DNA of 59,487 nt, filler included. It is 5 parts of 5 records of this genome, joined end to end, with 100 filler letters (N's around TTAATTAATTAA, not from the genome) between each part and the next. Parts side by side here need not be neighbours in the genome. Positions count along the whole stretch, not along the records: positions 1 to 13,760 come from DRR723986_9814; positions 13,861 to 20,618 come from DRR723986_9823; 3 more parts are not named here. One strand, 5' to 3'. Below are positions 10,570 through 20,718 of the stretch, in pieces. Every line of letters starts with the position of its first letter. Within the stretch, counting starts at the first letter, position 1. A program made the translations under genes and the position numbers. A model generated the notes under the pieces. It was not told the DNA's origin. It searched no databases and saw only the letters and a program-made list of their open reading frames with translations.

Positions 10570-11226
10570 TCAGCGTGAGATGGAGATGCGGCGCTCGATC
10601 CGGCGCTGCACCCATTCCATTCCGAGATTGATGACGTAGTAACAGGCCGCAGCCAGCAGATAGAATTCGAAGGGGCGGTAGGTCTTGCCGATGACGCGCT
10701 GGGCCGACAAGGTCAGTTCACTCACTCCGATAACCGAAACCAATGCGCTGTCCTTCAGCAGGGCGATCATGTTGTTGCCAATCGGCGGCAGCACGGCCTG
10801 TACTGCCTGTGGGATCACCACCTTGCGCAGCGCTTCGCTGCGGCTGAGCCCCAATGTGCGGGCCGCTTCCATTTGGCCCTTGTCCACCGCAAGGATCGCG
10901 GTCTGGATCAGTTCGGAGTTATAGACGGCAAAGTGCAGGCCAAGGCCGATGATACCGGCAACAAAGGCGGGCAGGTCGATACCGATCTGCACCAGTCCGA
11001 AATAGATCAAAAACAGTTGCAGCAGCAGCGGCGTGCCCATGAAGAGCCACGCAAAAAGCCGGAACGGCTGCCGCAAAAGCCAAGGCCCGTAAAGTGCGAT
11101 CACCGCAAATACGATCCCACCGAAGAAGCTGAGCAAAGCGGCGGCGACCGTGATCCCGATGGTCCAGGCGCACCCCAGTAGAATGACGTCCATGTATTTG
11201 GGAACAATAGAGAAATCGAGGCCCAT
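10570..11226 (-). CDS. Polar amino acid ABC transporter permease
   Basis: GTPLLLQL and the EAA loop [10 protein letters not shown]. Confidence 0.93.
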   Translation of the reverse strand: MGLDFSIVPKYMDVILLGCAWTIGITVAAALLSFFGGIVFAVIALYGPWLLRQPFRLFAWLFMGTPLLLQLFLIYFGLVQIGIDLPAFVAGIIGLGLHFAVYNSELIQTAILAVDKGQMEAARTLGLSRSEALRKVVIPQAVQAVLPPIGNNMIALLKDSALVSVIGVSELTLSAQRVIGKTYRPFEFYLLAAACYYVINLGMEWVQRRIERRISISR

Positions 11227-11244
11227 CTGTGCGTCCTTTCCTGA

Positions 11245-11892
11245 TCAGGTGATCTGTGCTTTGCGGTCCAGCCAGGCAATGCCCCGGCCAGCCACGTAGA
11301 TGATGATCATGTAAAGAATCCCGGCCAGCAGGAACATTTCAAAGGGCTTGTAGGTCGATCCGATATAGCGCTGCGCGGTATAGGTCAGCTCGACCACAGA
11401 GATCGCCGCGACAAGCGCCGTTGCCTTGATCAATGCATTGATGTTGACGCCCAGCGGGCGGATCATCAAGCGTGCCGATTGGGGCAGAATAACCTTGTAC
11501 ATCGCTTGCCATTTGCTGAGCCCCAAGGTGCGGGCGGCCTCGCGCTGGCCCTTGTCGATGGCGATGATTGCGCCGCGAATGGTTTCGGTCATATAGGCAC
11601 CTGCGTTGACACCAAGGCCAATCACGCCGGCCTCGAAGGCATCCAGTTGGATGCCGATCTGCGGCCCGCCAAAGTAGAGAATAAACAATTGGATTAGCGC
11701 GGGCGTGCCGCGAATGACACTGACGTAGGCCGCGCCAATGAACCTCAATACGCGAAACCGCGACAACCGCGCCGCGGCCCCCAACGCCCCGCAAATCAGT
11801 CCCAGCAGGGCGGTGAGCACCGACAACAGGATGGTCAGCCAAGCCGCCTCAAGAAAGAACGGATAGACCTTCAGCATCAGTTCAAAGTCCAT
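11245..11892 (-). CDS. Polar amino acid ABC transporter permease
   Basis: RGTPALIQL and GQREAARTLG. ATG at 11892 follows GGAGG. Confidence 0.93.
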   Translation of the reverse strand: MDFELMLKVYPFFLEAAWLTILLSVLTALLGLICGALGAAARLSRFRVLRFIGAAYVSVIRGTPALIQLFILYFGGPQIGIQLDAFEAGVIGLGVNAGAYMTETIRGAIIAIDKGQREAARTLGLSKWQAMYKVILPQSARLMIRPLGVNINALIKATALVAAISVVELTYTAQRYIGSTYKPFEMFLLAGILYMIIIYVAGRGIAWLDRKAQIT

Positions 11893-12109
11893 GCCGGCCT
11901 CCGCCAAAAACGCTGTGTGTTGTGAGGGGAGACTGCCTATGCGTCATCAAGTGAAATCCTGTGCAGAAGAACATGAAGGGCAGCTTGTATTGAACGGCCA
12001 TGATCGCCGAGACCGCCCCTGACCTGTTGCCATCGTCAGGCAGGATCGCAGGGCAGTCAATTCGCTTGCAAAAATCCCCCACCGCACAGGGGCGGAAGGG
12101 GCAGGGAGG

Positions 12110-12886
12110 TTAGCGGATGTCAGCGCCGATCCACTTTTCGGCCAGCGCCAGATAGGTGCCATCTTCCATCATGGAATCCAGCGCGGCCTGCATGGCTGCG
12201 GCCAGTTCGGGGTTGCCTTCGCGAATTGCGATGCCGGCGCCAAATGGTTTGGTGCCCGGATCGTCGAACATCGCAAATTCCTGACCCTTGGCAGTCATCG
12301 CCAAAATGGCGGCGATTGAATCGTTGACGATGGCGTCAACGCGACCGTTTTCCAACTCCAACAGCAGCTCGGGCAAGCCCTTGTAGGTGTTGATCGAATA
12401 GCCCTGCGCGCGGGCCCAATCCTCATGGGTTTCGCCCAATGTTAGGCCAACCTTTTTGCCATCCAGATCCGCCAGACTGGTGATGTCTGATCCCGGCTTG
12501 GTAAAGATGGCCCGTTTGTCGGAATAGTAGGGGCCGACAAAATCCACCACTTCGTCCCGTTCTGCGGTGATGGTCATGGACCCGACGATGGCATCGTATT
12601 TGTTGGCCAGCAGCCCGCCGATGATCCCGTCCCATGCAGTCGTCACGATCTCGGCTTCCAAACCCATCCGCTTGGCGATCTCGGTGCCGACAGCAGGGTC
12701 AAAGCCGACCACCTTGTTTTCATCGTTTACAAAGTTGAACGGAGGATAGGCACCGGACATCGAAATGCGAATGACGCCCTTTTCCTTGAGTGTATCGAGT
12801 TCCTCTGCGGCAGCTGCGGTCAGCCCAAAAACCGCCAGCGAAGCTGCGGCGATTGCAGATTTCAGAATTGTGCGGCGAACAGTCAT
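12110..12886 (-). CDS. Amino acid ABC transporter substrate-binding protein (family 3)
   Basis: Signal peptide, AYPPFNF and SMTITAER. Confidence 0.93.
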   Translation of the reverse strand: MTVRRTILKSAIAAASLAVFGLTAAAAEELDTLKEKGVIRISMSGAYPPFNFVNDENKVVGFDPAVGTEIAKRMGLEAEIVTTAWDGIIGGLLANKYDAIVGSMTITAERDEVVDFVGPYYSDKRAIFTKPGSDITSLADLDGKKVGLTLGETHEDWARAQGYSINTYKGLPELLLELENGRVDAIVNDSIAAILAMTAKGQEFAMFDDPGTKPFGAGIAIREGNPELAAAMQAALDSMMEDGTYLALAEKWIGADIR

Positions 12887-13009
12887 TTTTTTCTCCCGGT
12901 TGTTACTGCACCGGGGGCGAAACCCCGGCGATATTGGCGGATTCCCCGCTCTGCAAAAACACTTGCATGGCCCCTAACATCGTGCAAATAAATAATAGAT
13001 ATCTTCAAT

Positions 13010-13024
13010 ATAGATGAAATCTAT
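13010..13024. promoter_or_regulatory. LysR-type recognition site (T-N11-A dyad)
   Basis: Perfect dyad ATAGAT-GAA-ATCTAT overlapping the LysR start, with a second ATA-N9-TAT at 12988-13002, between divergent genes. Confidence 0.65.
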
Positions 13025-13760
13025 GCGCCTTCCCCATCAGCAACGTTTCCCCTGGAACCTCGACTGGAACCTGCTGCGCATGTTTATGGTGGTGGTCGAA
13101 CAGCGCGGAATTTCAAAAGCCGCGGATTTTCTCGGCCTCAAACAGCCTACCGTTTCAGCCGCGCTCAAGCGGTTGGAATTGTCCACGGGCAGAACGTTGA
13201 TCATCCGAAAACCCAATGAGTTTACCATCACCCGTGCGGGGCAGGTGCTTTATACCGAATGCGCGACAATCTTTGGCTCGATCTCGCAATTGCCGGCCCT
13301 CATGGATGTCGACAACACCGATCTGCGCGGCCATCTGTCGATTGCGATCACCAGCTATGTGATTTCGGACCATTTTGATGATTTTCTGAACCGGTTTTCC
13401 AAGGCGCATCCAAATGTGACCTATTCCTTTACTGTGTCCGAAAGTGATGAGGTCGAAACCGCGATTTCCCAAAACCGGGCAAGTTGCGGCATTTGTCTGC
13501 TGTCCAAGGCGCCAAAGAACCTCGATACCATGGTGCTTTACCGCGAATACTTTGGCCTTTACTGCGGTGCGCGGCATCCGCTTTTTAACGGAGCAGACAT
13601 CGAGCCCAAAGAACTGGAAGGTGAGCCGTTTGTGGCCTTCCAGACTGAGGCCGAAGGCGGCCCGCTTGAGGCGATAGCCCATTTGCGCGCTCGTCTGGGT
13701 CTGGCCAATACATGGCGCGGCGTCTCCTCCAGCTTGAATGAAATCCGGCGGATGATCATG
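13014..13760 (+). CDS. LysR-family transcriptional regulator (3' truncated by spacer; alternative start 13023)
   Basis: HTH region LDWNLLRMF..ISKAADFLGLKQPTVSAALKRLE; divergent from the transporter operon. Confidence 0.93.
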
Positions 13761-13860
13761 NNNNNNNNNNNNNNNNNNNNNNNNNNNNNNNNNNNNNNNN
13801 NNNNTTAATTAATTAANNNNNNNNNNNNNNNNNNNNNNNNNNNNNNNNNNNNNNNNNNNN
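13761..13860. other. Artificial contig spacer
   Basis: N44-TTAATTAATTAA-N44, which has stop codons in all six frames. Confidence 0.98.
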
Positions 13861-13935
13861 AAAATACTCTGGGGGAGTTTGAGGGGGCAAGGCCCCCTCA
13901 TCAACCAGATTATCTCGAATGCGCCGTCAGGCGCA
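13861..13935. repeat. GC-rich intergenic palindromic element (REP-like) at a contig end
   Basis: Hairpins TGAGGGGGC-AAG-GCCCCCTCA (13880-13900) and TGCGCC-GTCA-GGCGCA (13920-13935). Confidence 0.45.
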
Positions 13936-13943
13936 CTTTTGGA

Positions 13944-16712
13944 TCACTCGGCGGCCACCTGCGCGTTCGCCGCTTCAACCTTCACGGCCGAAAACTTGAA
14001 CTCGGGGATCTTGCCATAAGGATCCACCGCAGGGTTGGTCAGAATATTCGCCGCCGCCTCGACGTAGGCAAAAGGCAGGAACACCATGTCGGGCGATACG
14101 GCGCGGTCTTCGCGGGCCATAATCTCGATCGAACCGCGTTTGGTGGTCAGGCGCACATGATCGCCCGGAACCACACCCAGCTTGCGCAGCGTTGAGGGAT
14201 GCAGCGAACAGTTTGCCTCCGGCTCCAAACCGTCCAGAACACTGGCACGGCGGGTCATTGATCCGGTGTGCCAATGCTCCAACTGGCGACCGGTTGTGAG
14301 GATCATCGGATAATCCTGATCTGGCACATCATCGGGTGCGATGATCGATGCGGGCGTAAATTTGGCGCGGCCACCGGCACGGGGGAAACCATCACCAAAC
14401 ACAATCGGTTGACCGGGGTCTTCGGGCGACAGCGACGGATAGGTCACCGCATTTTCGGCGGCAAGGCGATCCCATGTGATGTTGTTCAGCGACTTCATGT
14501 TTTGCTTCATCTCGGCAAACACATCGGCAGGGCTTTGATAGTCCCAGCCAAGGCCCAGACGTTTCGCCAGCTCAACCTCGATCCACCAGTCCTCCCGCGC
14601 CTCGCCGGGGGGCGGCACAGCAGGCCGGCCCATTTGCACCTGACGATTGGTGTTTGTCACCGTGCCGGACTTTTCGGCAAAGGCCGAAGCGGGCAGAATC
14701 ACATCGGCGTAATTTGCGGTTTCAGTGATGAAGATATCCTGCACCACCAAATGATCCAGTTTCGCCAGGGCATCGCGGGCATGTTCGACATCGGGGTCCG
14801 ACATCGCCGGATTTTCGCCCAGCACATACATGCCGCGAATATCGCCATCATGCACCGCATCCATAATCTCGGTGACGGTCAGACCTTTCTGGTTGGAGAA
14901 GTCCTCGCTCTTCCATACTTCGGTAAAGGCGCTGCGCACACCATCATCTGTCACGGGCTGATAGTCAGGCAGGAACATCGGGATCAGCCCCGCGTCAGAA
15001 GCACCTTGCACGTTGTTCTGGCCGCGCAGCGGATGCAGACCCGCGCCGGGGCGGCCCACCTGGCCGGTCATCAACGCCAGCGAGATCAGGCAGCGCGAAT
15101 TGTCGGTGCCGTGAATATGCTGGCTGACCCCCATGCCCCAGAAGATCATCGCGGCATTGGCACCTGCAAAGGTCCGCGCCACATCACGCAGGGTCTCGGC
15201 GTCGATGCCGCAGACCTCTGCCATCTTCTCTGGCGAGAAATCTTTGAGATGCTCTTTCTCGGCTTCCCAGTTCTCGGTGTAGGCTTCGATGTATTGCTGA
15301 TCAAAGAGGTTCTCTTCGACAATCACATGCATGATCGCATTGAGCATCGACACGTCGGTGCCGGGGCGGAATTGTAGCATATGGCTGGAGAACCGCTTGA
15401 GCGCCTGACCGCGCGGATCCATCACAATCAGTTTGCCACCGCGTTTGGTGAACTGTTTGAAATAGGTCGCCGCGACGGGGTGGTTTTCAATCGGGTTACA
15501 GCCGATGGCAATCGCCACATCCGCGTTCTCGATTTCGTTGAACGTGGCAGACACCGCACCGGAGCCGACGTTCTCCATCAGCGCCGCAACAGAGGACGCG
15601 TGGCACAGGCGGGTACAGTGATCGACGTTGTTATGGCCAAACCCCTGGCGGATCATTTTCTGGAACAGATAGGCCTCTTCGTTGGTGCATTTGGCTGAGC
15701 CAAAGCCAGCAACGCCGGTGCCGCCGATGTCTTTGAGACCTTTGGCGGCAAAATCGAGGGCTTCATCCCATGACGCTTCGCGGAAAAAATCCTGCCAGTT
15801 GCCGGGATCAACGTTCAACCCCTTGGCGGGCGCGTCGTCGCGGCGGATCAATGGTTTGGTCAGGCGGTGATCGTGGTGGATATAGTCAAAACCAAAGCGG
15901 CCCTTGACGCAAAGCCGTCCTTCGTTCGCGGGGCCATTGATGCCCTCGACATATTTGACCTTGCCATCCTTGACCTTGAGCGAGATCTGGCAGCCTACAC
16001 CGCAGAACGGGCAGATGCTGTCGACTTCGCTGTCGAAATCGGCGCTGTCGCCAACCTGATTTTCGTCCACCACAGTGGATGGCATCAACGCGCCCGTGGG
16101 GCAGGCCTGCACACATTCGCCGCAGGCCACGCAGGTGGAGGCGCCCATCGGGTCTGCCATGTCGAATGTGGGATAGCTGTCATGGCCGCGGCCCGACATG
16201 CCGATCACGTCATTGACCTGCACCTCGCGGCAGGCACGCACGCACAGACCACATTGGATACAGGCATCCAGATTGACCGACATTGCAACGTGGCTGTCAT
16301 CCAGCAGCGGGATGCGCCCCTCTTCGATCTTGGGAAAGCGGCTTTCGCTCACGCCGTTCAGCGCGGCCATGTCCCACATGTGGCTCGATTTGTCATGGGC
16401 TTCGGCCTGCTCCGGCTGGTCGGCCACCAGCAGTTCCATCACCATCTTGCGGGCGTTTTCGGCGCGGGCGTTGTTGGTGGTGACCACCATGCCTTCGCTG
16501 GGTTCACGGATACAGGAGGCCGCCAGCGTACGTTCGCCTTCGATCTCGACCATACAGGCGCGGCAGTTGCCATCAGGGCGATAGCCCGGCGCCGGTTTGT
16601 GGCACAGATGCGGGATCTTCAGGCCGCGGCCATTGGCCACTTCCCAGATCGTCAAGCCCGCTTCGGCCTCTACTTTTTCGCCGTCGAGCGTGAATGTGAT
16701 CTTGTCCGCCAT
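13944..16712 (-). CDS. fdhF: Formate dehydrogenase alpha subunit (Mo/W-bisPGD, Cys ligand)
   Basis: N-terminal 2Fe-2S and 4Fe-4S Cys motifs, CPFCGVGC, active-site TRLCHASS and LRGQNNVQG. ATG at 16712 follows AGGAGG. Confidence 0.95.
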   Translation of the reverse strand: MADKITFTLDGEKVEAEAGLTIWEVANGRGLKIPHLCHKPAPGYRPDGNCRACMVEIEGERTLAASCIREPSEGMVVTTNNARAENARKMVMELLVADQPEQAEAHDKSSHMWDMAALNGVSESRFPKIEEGRIPLLDDSHVAMSVNLDACIQCGLCVRACREVQVNDVIGMSGRGHDSYPTFDMADPMGASTCVACGECVQACPTGALMPSTVVDENQVGDSADFDSEVDSICPFCGVGCQISLKVKDGKVKYVEGINGPANEGRLCVKGRFGFDYIHHDHRLTKPLIRRDDAPAKGLNVDPGNWQDFFREASWDEALDFAAKGLKDIGGTGVAGFGSAKCTNEEAYLFQKMIRQGFGHNNVDHCTRLCHASSVAALMENVGSGAVSATFNEIENADVAIAIGCNPIENHPVAATYFKQFTKRGGKLIVMDPRGQALKRFSSHMLQFRPGTDVSMLNAIMHVIVEENLFDQQYIEAYTENWEAEKEHLKDFSPEKMAEVCGIDAETLRDVARTFAGANAAMIFWGMGVSQHIHGTDNSRCLISLALMTGQVGRPGAGLHPLRGQNNVQGASDAGLIPMFLPDYQPVTDDGVRSAFTEVWKSEDFSNQKGLTVTEIMDAVHDGDIRGMYVLGENPAMSDPDVEHARDALAKLDHLVVQDIFITETANYADVILPASAFAEKSGTVTNTNRQVQMGRPAVPPPGEAREDWWIEVELAKRLGLGWDYQSPADVFAEMKQNMKSLNNITWDRLAAENAVTYPSLSPEDPGQPIVFGDGFPRAGGRAKFTPASIIAPDDVPDQDYPMILTTGRQLEHWHTGSMTRRASVLDGLEPEANCSLHPSTLRKLGVVPGDHVRLTTKRGSIEIMAREDRAVSPDMVFLPFAYVEAAANILTNPAVDPYGKIPEFKFSAVKVEAANAQVAAE

Positions 16713-16903
16713 CCTGTCCTCCTGAAAAGCGCTGCTGCCTCTATAGCCAATTGTCGGTTTTTGCGGGAGTCCCATTCCCGACGCCCTGCCCCAAGTTTGC
16801 GCCAAACCGCCCGTTGGCGGTGATCGCAGGTTTCGTATTGGCGCGGATGGCTTTTCACTTGGTCCTTGCTGCCCTATCAAAGTCGCAAGAAGGAATTTCA
16901 GAC

Positions 16904-17557
16904 ATGTCGCATATCACTCTTATCCGCCACGGGCAGGCCAATTCAGGTGCCAAAGACGAGGTCAGCTATGACCGGCTTAGCGATCTGGGTCACGAACAGG
17001 CGGCTTGGCTGGGCCATTACCTGCGCGAGGCCGGAAGCCACCACACAAGGCTGTTCACCGGCACTTTGATCCGCCACCGCGAAACCGCAGATGGCATGGC
17101 CACCGGTCTGGTTGCCGAACGCGATGCGCGGCTCAACGAGCTGGAGTATTTCACGCTTGCGACCCTTCTCGAAGAACAGCACGGCGTGCCGTTTCCGACC
17201 GAACAGGGCAGCTTTACCTCGCATTTGCCAATGGTGTTTGAGTATTGGAAATCCGGCAAGCTGGAAGGTACACCCGAAACCTGGCAGCATTTTCACGACC
17301 GGATCGAAGGCGCGTTGCGCGATATTGCGGCGGGGGATGGGCCTGCATTGGTGGTCACATCTGGCGGTTTGATCTCGATGGTGATGGCACAGGCCATGGG
17401 GCTGAGCGTGCCTGCCATGGCCCGTATGGCGCTGGCGATCATGCACACGTCCATGCACCGGCTGTTCCCGATCGGCGGGCATTGGTCGCCGGTTCTGTTC
17501 AACGCGGTGCCGCATCTGGAAACCCCCGACAGGCGACTTGCCCAGACCCATATCTAA
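16904..17557 (+). CDS. Histidine phosphatase (phosphoglycerate mutase) family protein
   Basis: LIRHGQA motif; ATG at 16904 follows AAGGA. Confidence 0.9.
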   Translation: MSHITLIRHGQANSGAKDEVSYDRLSDLGHEQAAWLGHYLREAGSHHTRLFTGTLIRHRETADGMATGLVAERDARLNELEYFTLATLLEEQHGVPFPTEQGSFTSHLPMVFEYWKSGKLEGTPETWQHFHDRIEGALRDIAAGDGPALVVTSGGLISMVMAQAMGLSVPAMARMALAIMHTSMHRLFPIGGHWSPVLFNAVPHLETPDRRLAQTHI

Positions 17558-17568
17558 AAGGTGATCTT

Positions 17569-18189
17569 ATGCTGAAACTCTATTACGCCCCCGGCACCAT
17601 CTCGATTGCGGTTGCGCTTGGCCTTGAAGAGGCCGGGCTTTCCTATGAGCCGGTGAAGGTGGATTTTGCCGCCGCTGCACAGACCAAGCCGGAGTATCTG
17701 GCGATCAACCCCAAGGGCCGCGTGCCCGCGCTGATCACCGAGGCGGGCACGATCCTGACCGAAACGGGCGCCTTGCTTGAATATATTGCCGATCTCGCGC
17801 CGCAGGCCGGGTTGATCCCAACGGATGCCGAAGATGCCGCGCATATGCGCAGCGTGATGTTCTATCTGGCCTCGACCATGCATGTTGCCCACGCCCACAA
17901 GATGCGCGGCAGCCGCTGGGCCGACAAACCAGAAAGCCATGCAGATATGCAGGCTAAAGTGCCGCAAACCGTGCGTGCCAGCGCCGAATACGTGCAATCC
18001 GATTGCCTGCGCGGTGATTATGTTCTGGGGGACCGGATCAGCATCGCCGATCTGTACCTCTTTATCGTTTGCAATTGGATCGAGGGGGACGGCGTGCCGC
18101 GCAAGGACTTCCCTGAAATTGATGCCTTTCTTGCCCGCATGGATGCGCGGGAGAGTGTTAAATCCGTACGCGCAAAGGGAATGCTATGA
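17569..18189 (+). CDS. Glutathione S-transferase family protein
   Basis: MLKLYYAPG, INPKGRVPAL and SIADLYLF. Confidence 0.92.
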   Translation: MLKLYYAPGTISIAVALGLEEAGLSYEPVKVDFAAAAQTKPEYLAINPKGRVPALITEAGTILTETGALLEYIADLAPQAGLIPTDAEDAAHMRSVMFYLASTMHVAHAHKMRGSRWADKPESHADMQAKVPQTVRASAEYVQSDCLRGDYVLGDRISIADLYLFIVCNWIEGDGVPRKDFPEIDAFLARMDARESVKSVRAKGML

Positions 18190-19247
18190 CCATGCCACGT
18201 CTATGGGTCCGCGCCGAGCAGCGCGACAATGAAACCCGTGTCGGATTGACCCCCGAGGGCGCGGCAGAGTTACTAGCCGCCGGATTTGCCGTGACGGTGG
18301 AGGCGTCAGACAGCCGGGTGATTGCAACGCAGGAATACGCAGACGCCGGGTGCACCATTGCGCCATCCTACAGCTGGCCCGATGCCCCCGCGGATGCAAT
18401 CATCTTTGGCCTCAAGGAACTGCCCGAAGATGGCACGCCCCTGCCGCACCGGCACATCATGTTTGGCCATGCCTTCAAGGGACAACCTGCCGGACAGGCC
18501 TTGCTCAAACGGTTCAAGGCGGGCGGCGGCACCTTGCTGGATCTGGAATATCTGACCGATGAAAACGGGCGGCGCGTGGCGGCGTTTGGGTATTGGGCAG
18601 GCTTTGCCGGGGCGGCGGTTGCCCTCAAATGCTGGGCTGCACAGCAACGCGGCGAAGTGGCCGGACCGGTCGCCCCCTATCCGAATGCCGAAGCAATGAA
18701 AGCCGCCCTGCGCAAGGAACTGGCACCGTTTATGGATCAGGCCCCCGATGCCCTGATCATCGGCGCCTTGGGGCGGGTTGGCACCGGCGCTGCGGACCTG
18801 TGCAAAGCGATGGCTGTCACCGTCACTGGATGGGACATGGCCGAAACGGCGCATGGCGGGCCGTTCCCGGAAATTCTGGATCACACCTTGTTCTTCAACT
18901 GCATTCTGGCCGGTCCAAACACGCCGCCCTTCGTGCGCCCTGATGCGCCCAGCGCCCCGCGCAAACTGCGGGTGATTGGCGATGTGGCCTGCGATCCAGA
19001 CAGCGATTTCAACCCGGTGCAGGTCTATGACAAGACCACCACTTGGGCGGAACCCGCGCTGCGGGTGCATGATGATCCGCCGCTGGATGTCACGGCAATT
19101 GATAACCTGCCGTCAATGCTGCCGCTTGAAAGCGCGCAGGACTACGCCGGACAACTGCTGCCGACACTGCGGTCATTGGCGGGGGATCAGGCCGGTGTCT
19201 GGGCGCGGGCCGAGGCGACCTTTTCCAAACATCTCGCTGCGGTGTGA
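18186..19247 (+). CDS. Saccharopine dehydrogenase (NAD+, L-lysine-forming; Lys1-like)
   Basis: LWVRAE, GLKELP, FGHAFKGQ, GALGRVG and IDNLPSMLP. Confidence 0.88.
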   Translation: MTMPRLWVRAEQRDNETRVGLTPEGAAELLAAGFAVTVEASDSRVIATQEYADAGCTIAPSYSWPDAPADAIIFGLKELPEDGTPLPHRHIMFGHAFKGQPAGQALLKRFKAGGGTLLDLEYLTDENGRRVAAFGYWAGFAGAAVALKCWAAQQRGEVAGPVAPYPNAEAMKAALRKELAPFMDQAPDALIIGALGRVGTGAADLCKAMAVTVTGWDMAETAHGGPFPEILDHTLFFNCILAGPNTPPFVRPDAPSAPRKLRVIGDVACDPDSDFNPVQVYDKTTTWAEPALRVHDDPPLDVTAIDNLPSMLPLESAQDYAGQLLPTLRSLAGDQAGVWARAEATFSKHLAAV

Positions 19248-20489
19248 TCAGACGTCAGGCTTCGTCAGCGGGACCACGGTGGTTTCCGCGCCATCCCTGG
19301 ACAGTTCTTCAAAATCAAAGTTGTGCAGGCGGCCCGCGCGTTTGGCCGCCTTTTCAGAGCTGATCATGATCTCGTCCACGTCTTTGCGAGCCTGACCAAA
19401 ATGCCGGTCGAGGTTGCCAACGCGGGTCACAAGCCGTTCGACATCACCATGCAACGCACCCAGTTCCTTGCGGATCGCGCCCGCTTGTTCCCGCATCCGC
19501 GCATCCTTGAGAATGGCGCGCATGGTGTTGAGCGTGGCCATGCAGGTGGTCGGCGAAACGATCCAGACCCGCGCGGCAAATCCGTCGCGGATCAGCTCAG
19601 GAAAATTGGCGTGCAACTCGGCATAGACCGCCTCGGATGGCAGGAACATCAACGCGCCATCGGCGGTTTCTCCCTCCAGAATATACTTCTCCGAGATCGC
19701 CTTGATATGGGTCTTAACCGAGACTTTCATCTTGGCCACGGCCTCTTTTAGCTCATAATCGGTCTTGGCATTGCGCAGGGCCTCATAGGCCTCCAGCGGG
19801 AATTTGCTGTCGATCACAATCGGCCCCGGAGGGTTCGGCAGGTGGATCAGGCAATCGGCGCGTTTGCCGTTGGAAAGGGTGGCTTGCAGGCTGTAACTGT
19901 CGGACGGCAGCGCCTTGGACACGATGTCATGCAGTTGGATTTCACCAAAGGCACCGCGGGTCTGTTTGTTGCTGAGAATATCCTGAAGGCTAAGGACATC
20001 TCCGCTCAGCTTGGTGATATTGTCCTGCGCCTTGTCGATCGCGGCCAGCCGTTCCTGCAACTGCGTCAAACTGGTGGTCGTCTGCTTGGCCGAGCCGTGC
20101 AGGGTGTGGTTCATCCGTTCCTGCATCTCCGCCAAGGCCCGCGCGGATTTGGCGGCGTTGTCCGCCAGACGATCCTGCATCTGCTGCTGGACGTTTGCCA
20201 TGCGCAGTTCGATGCTTTGGATCATCTGGGCCTGCGCGTTGGCTTGAGTGTCCGACACCGTCTGCAAACCACCACGCAATTGTTCCTGACCTGCGCCAAG
20301 CTGTTGCACATGGCCGCCAAGGATCTGCATCTGCTGCGCCAGTGGCGCGGCCATCTGGGCCGAACGCCCCGCCGCCCGCACCGCCATGACCAGCAGGATC
20401 AGGATCAACATGATCACCCCCGCCCCGATCAGCGCCGCTGTGACCTGCGGATCACCCCATTGATATGTTTGCCCTGCGATTGTGATCAT
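19248..20489 (-). CDS. rmuC: DNA recombination protein RmuC
   Basis: N-terminal transmembrane helix, coiled coil, [15 protein letters not shown] and MFLPSEA. Confidence 0.93.
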
Positions 20490-20618
20490 GTCCGTCCAAA
20501 GAGCCGCTCAATATCGGCCAGCTTGAGTTCTACGTAAGTCGGGCGTCCGTGGTTGCATTGGCCTGAATGCGGGGTCGCCTCCATCTCGCGCAGCAGCGCG
20601 TTCATCTCTTCGGCCCGC
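20486..20618 (-). CDS. mutL: DNA mismatch repair protein MutL, C-terminal fragment (5' truncated)
   Basis: Manual translation gives [41 protein letters not shown], with the C(N/P)HGRP endonuclease motif. ATGA overlap with rmuC. Confidence 0.92.
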
Positions 20619-20718
20619 NNNNNNNNNNNNNNNNNNNNNNNNNNNNNNNNNNNNNNNNNNNNTTAATTAATTAANNNNNNNNNNNNNNNNNNNNNNNNNN
20701 NNNNNNNNNNNNNNNNNN
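20619..20718. other. Artificial contig spacer
   Basis: N44-TTAATTAATTAA-N44. Confidence 0.98.

Noticed and set aside
13805-13816. TTAATTAATTAA repeated four times in the window
   Set aside because: It is a synthetic linker inside N runs, not a biological repeat.
13944-16712. Formate dehydrogenase alpha without a beta subunit, or with selenocysteine
   Set aside because: The contig ends just downstream, so partners may be cut off. The active site is an ordinary Cys codon (TRLCH).
4597-19247. Racemase operon plus saccharopine dehydrogenase as one lysine pathway cluster
   Set aside because: A spacer separates them, so linkage and even a common organism are unproven.
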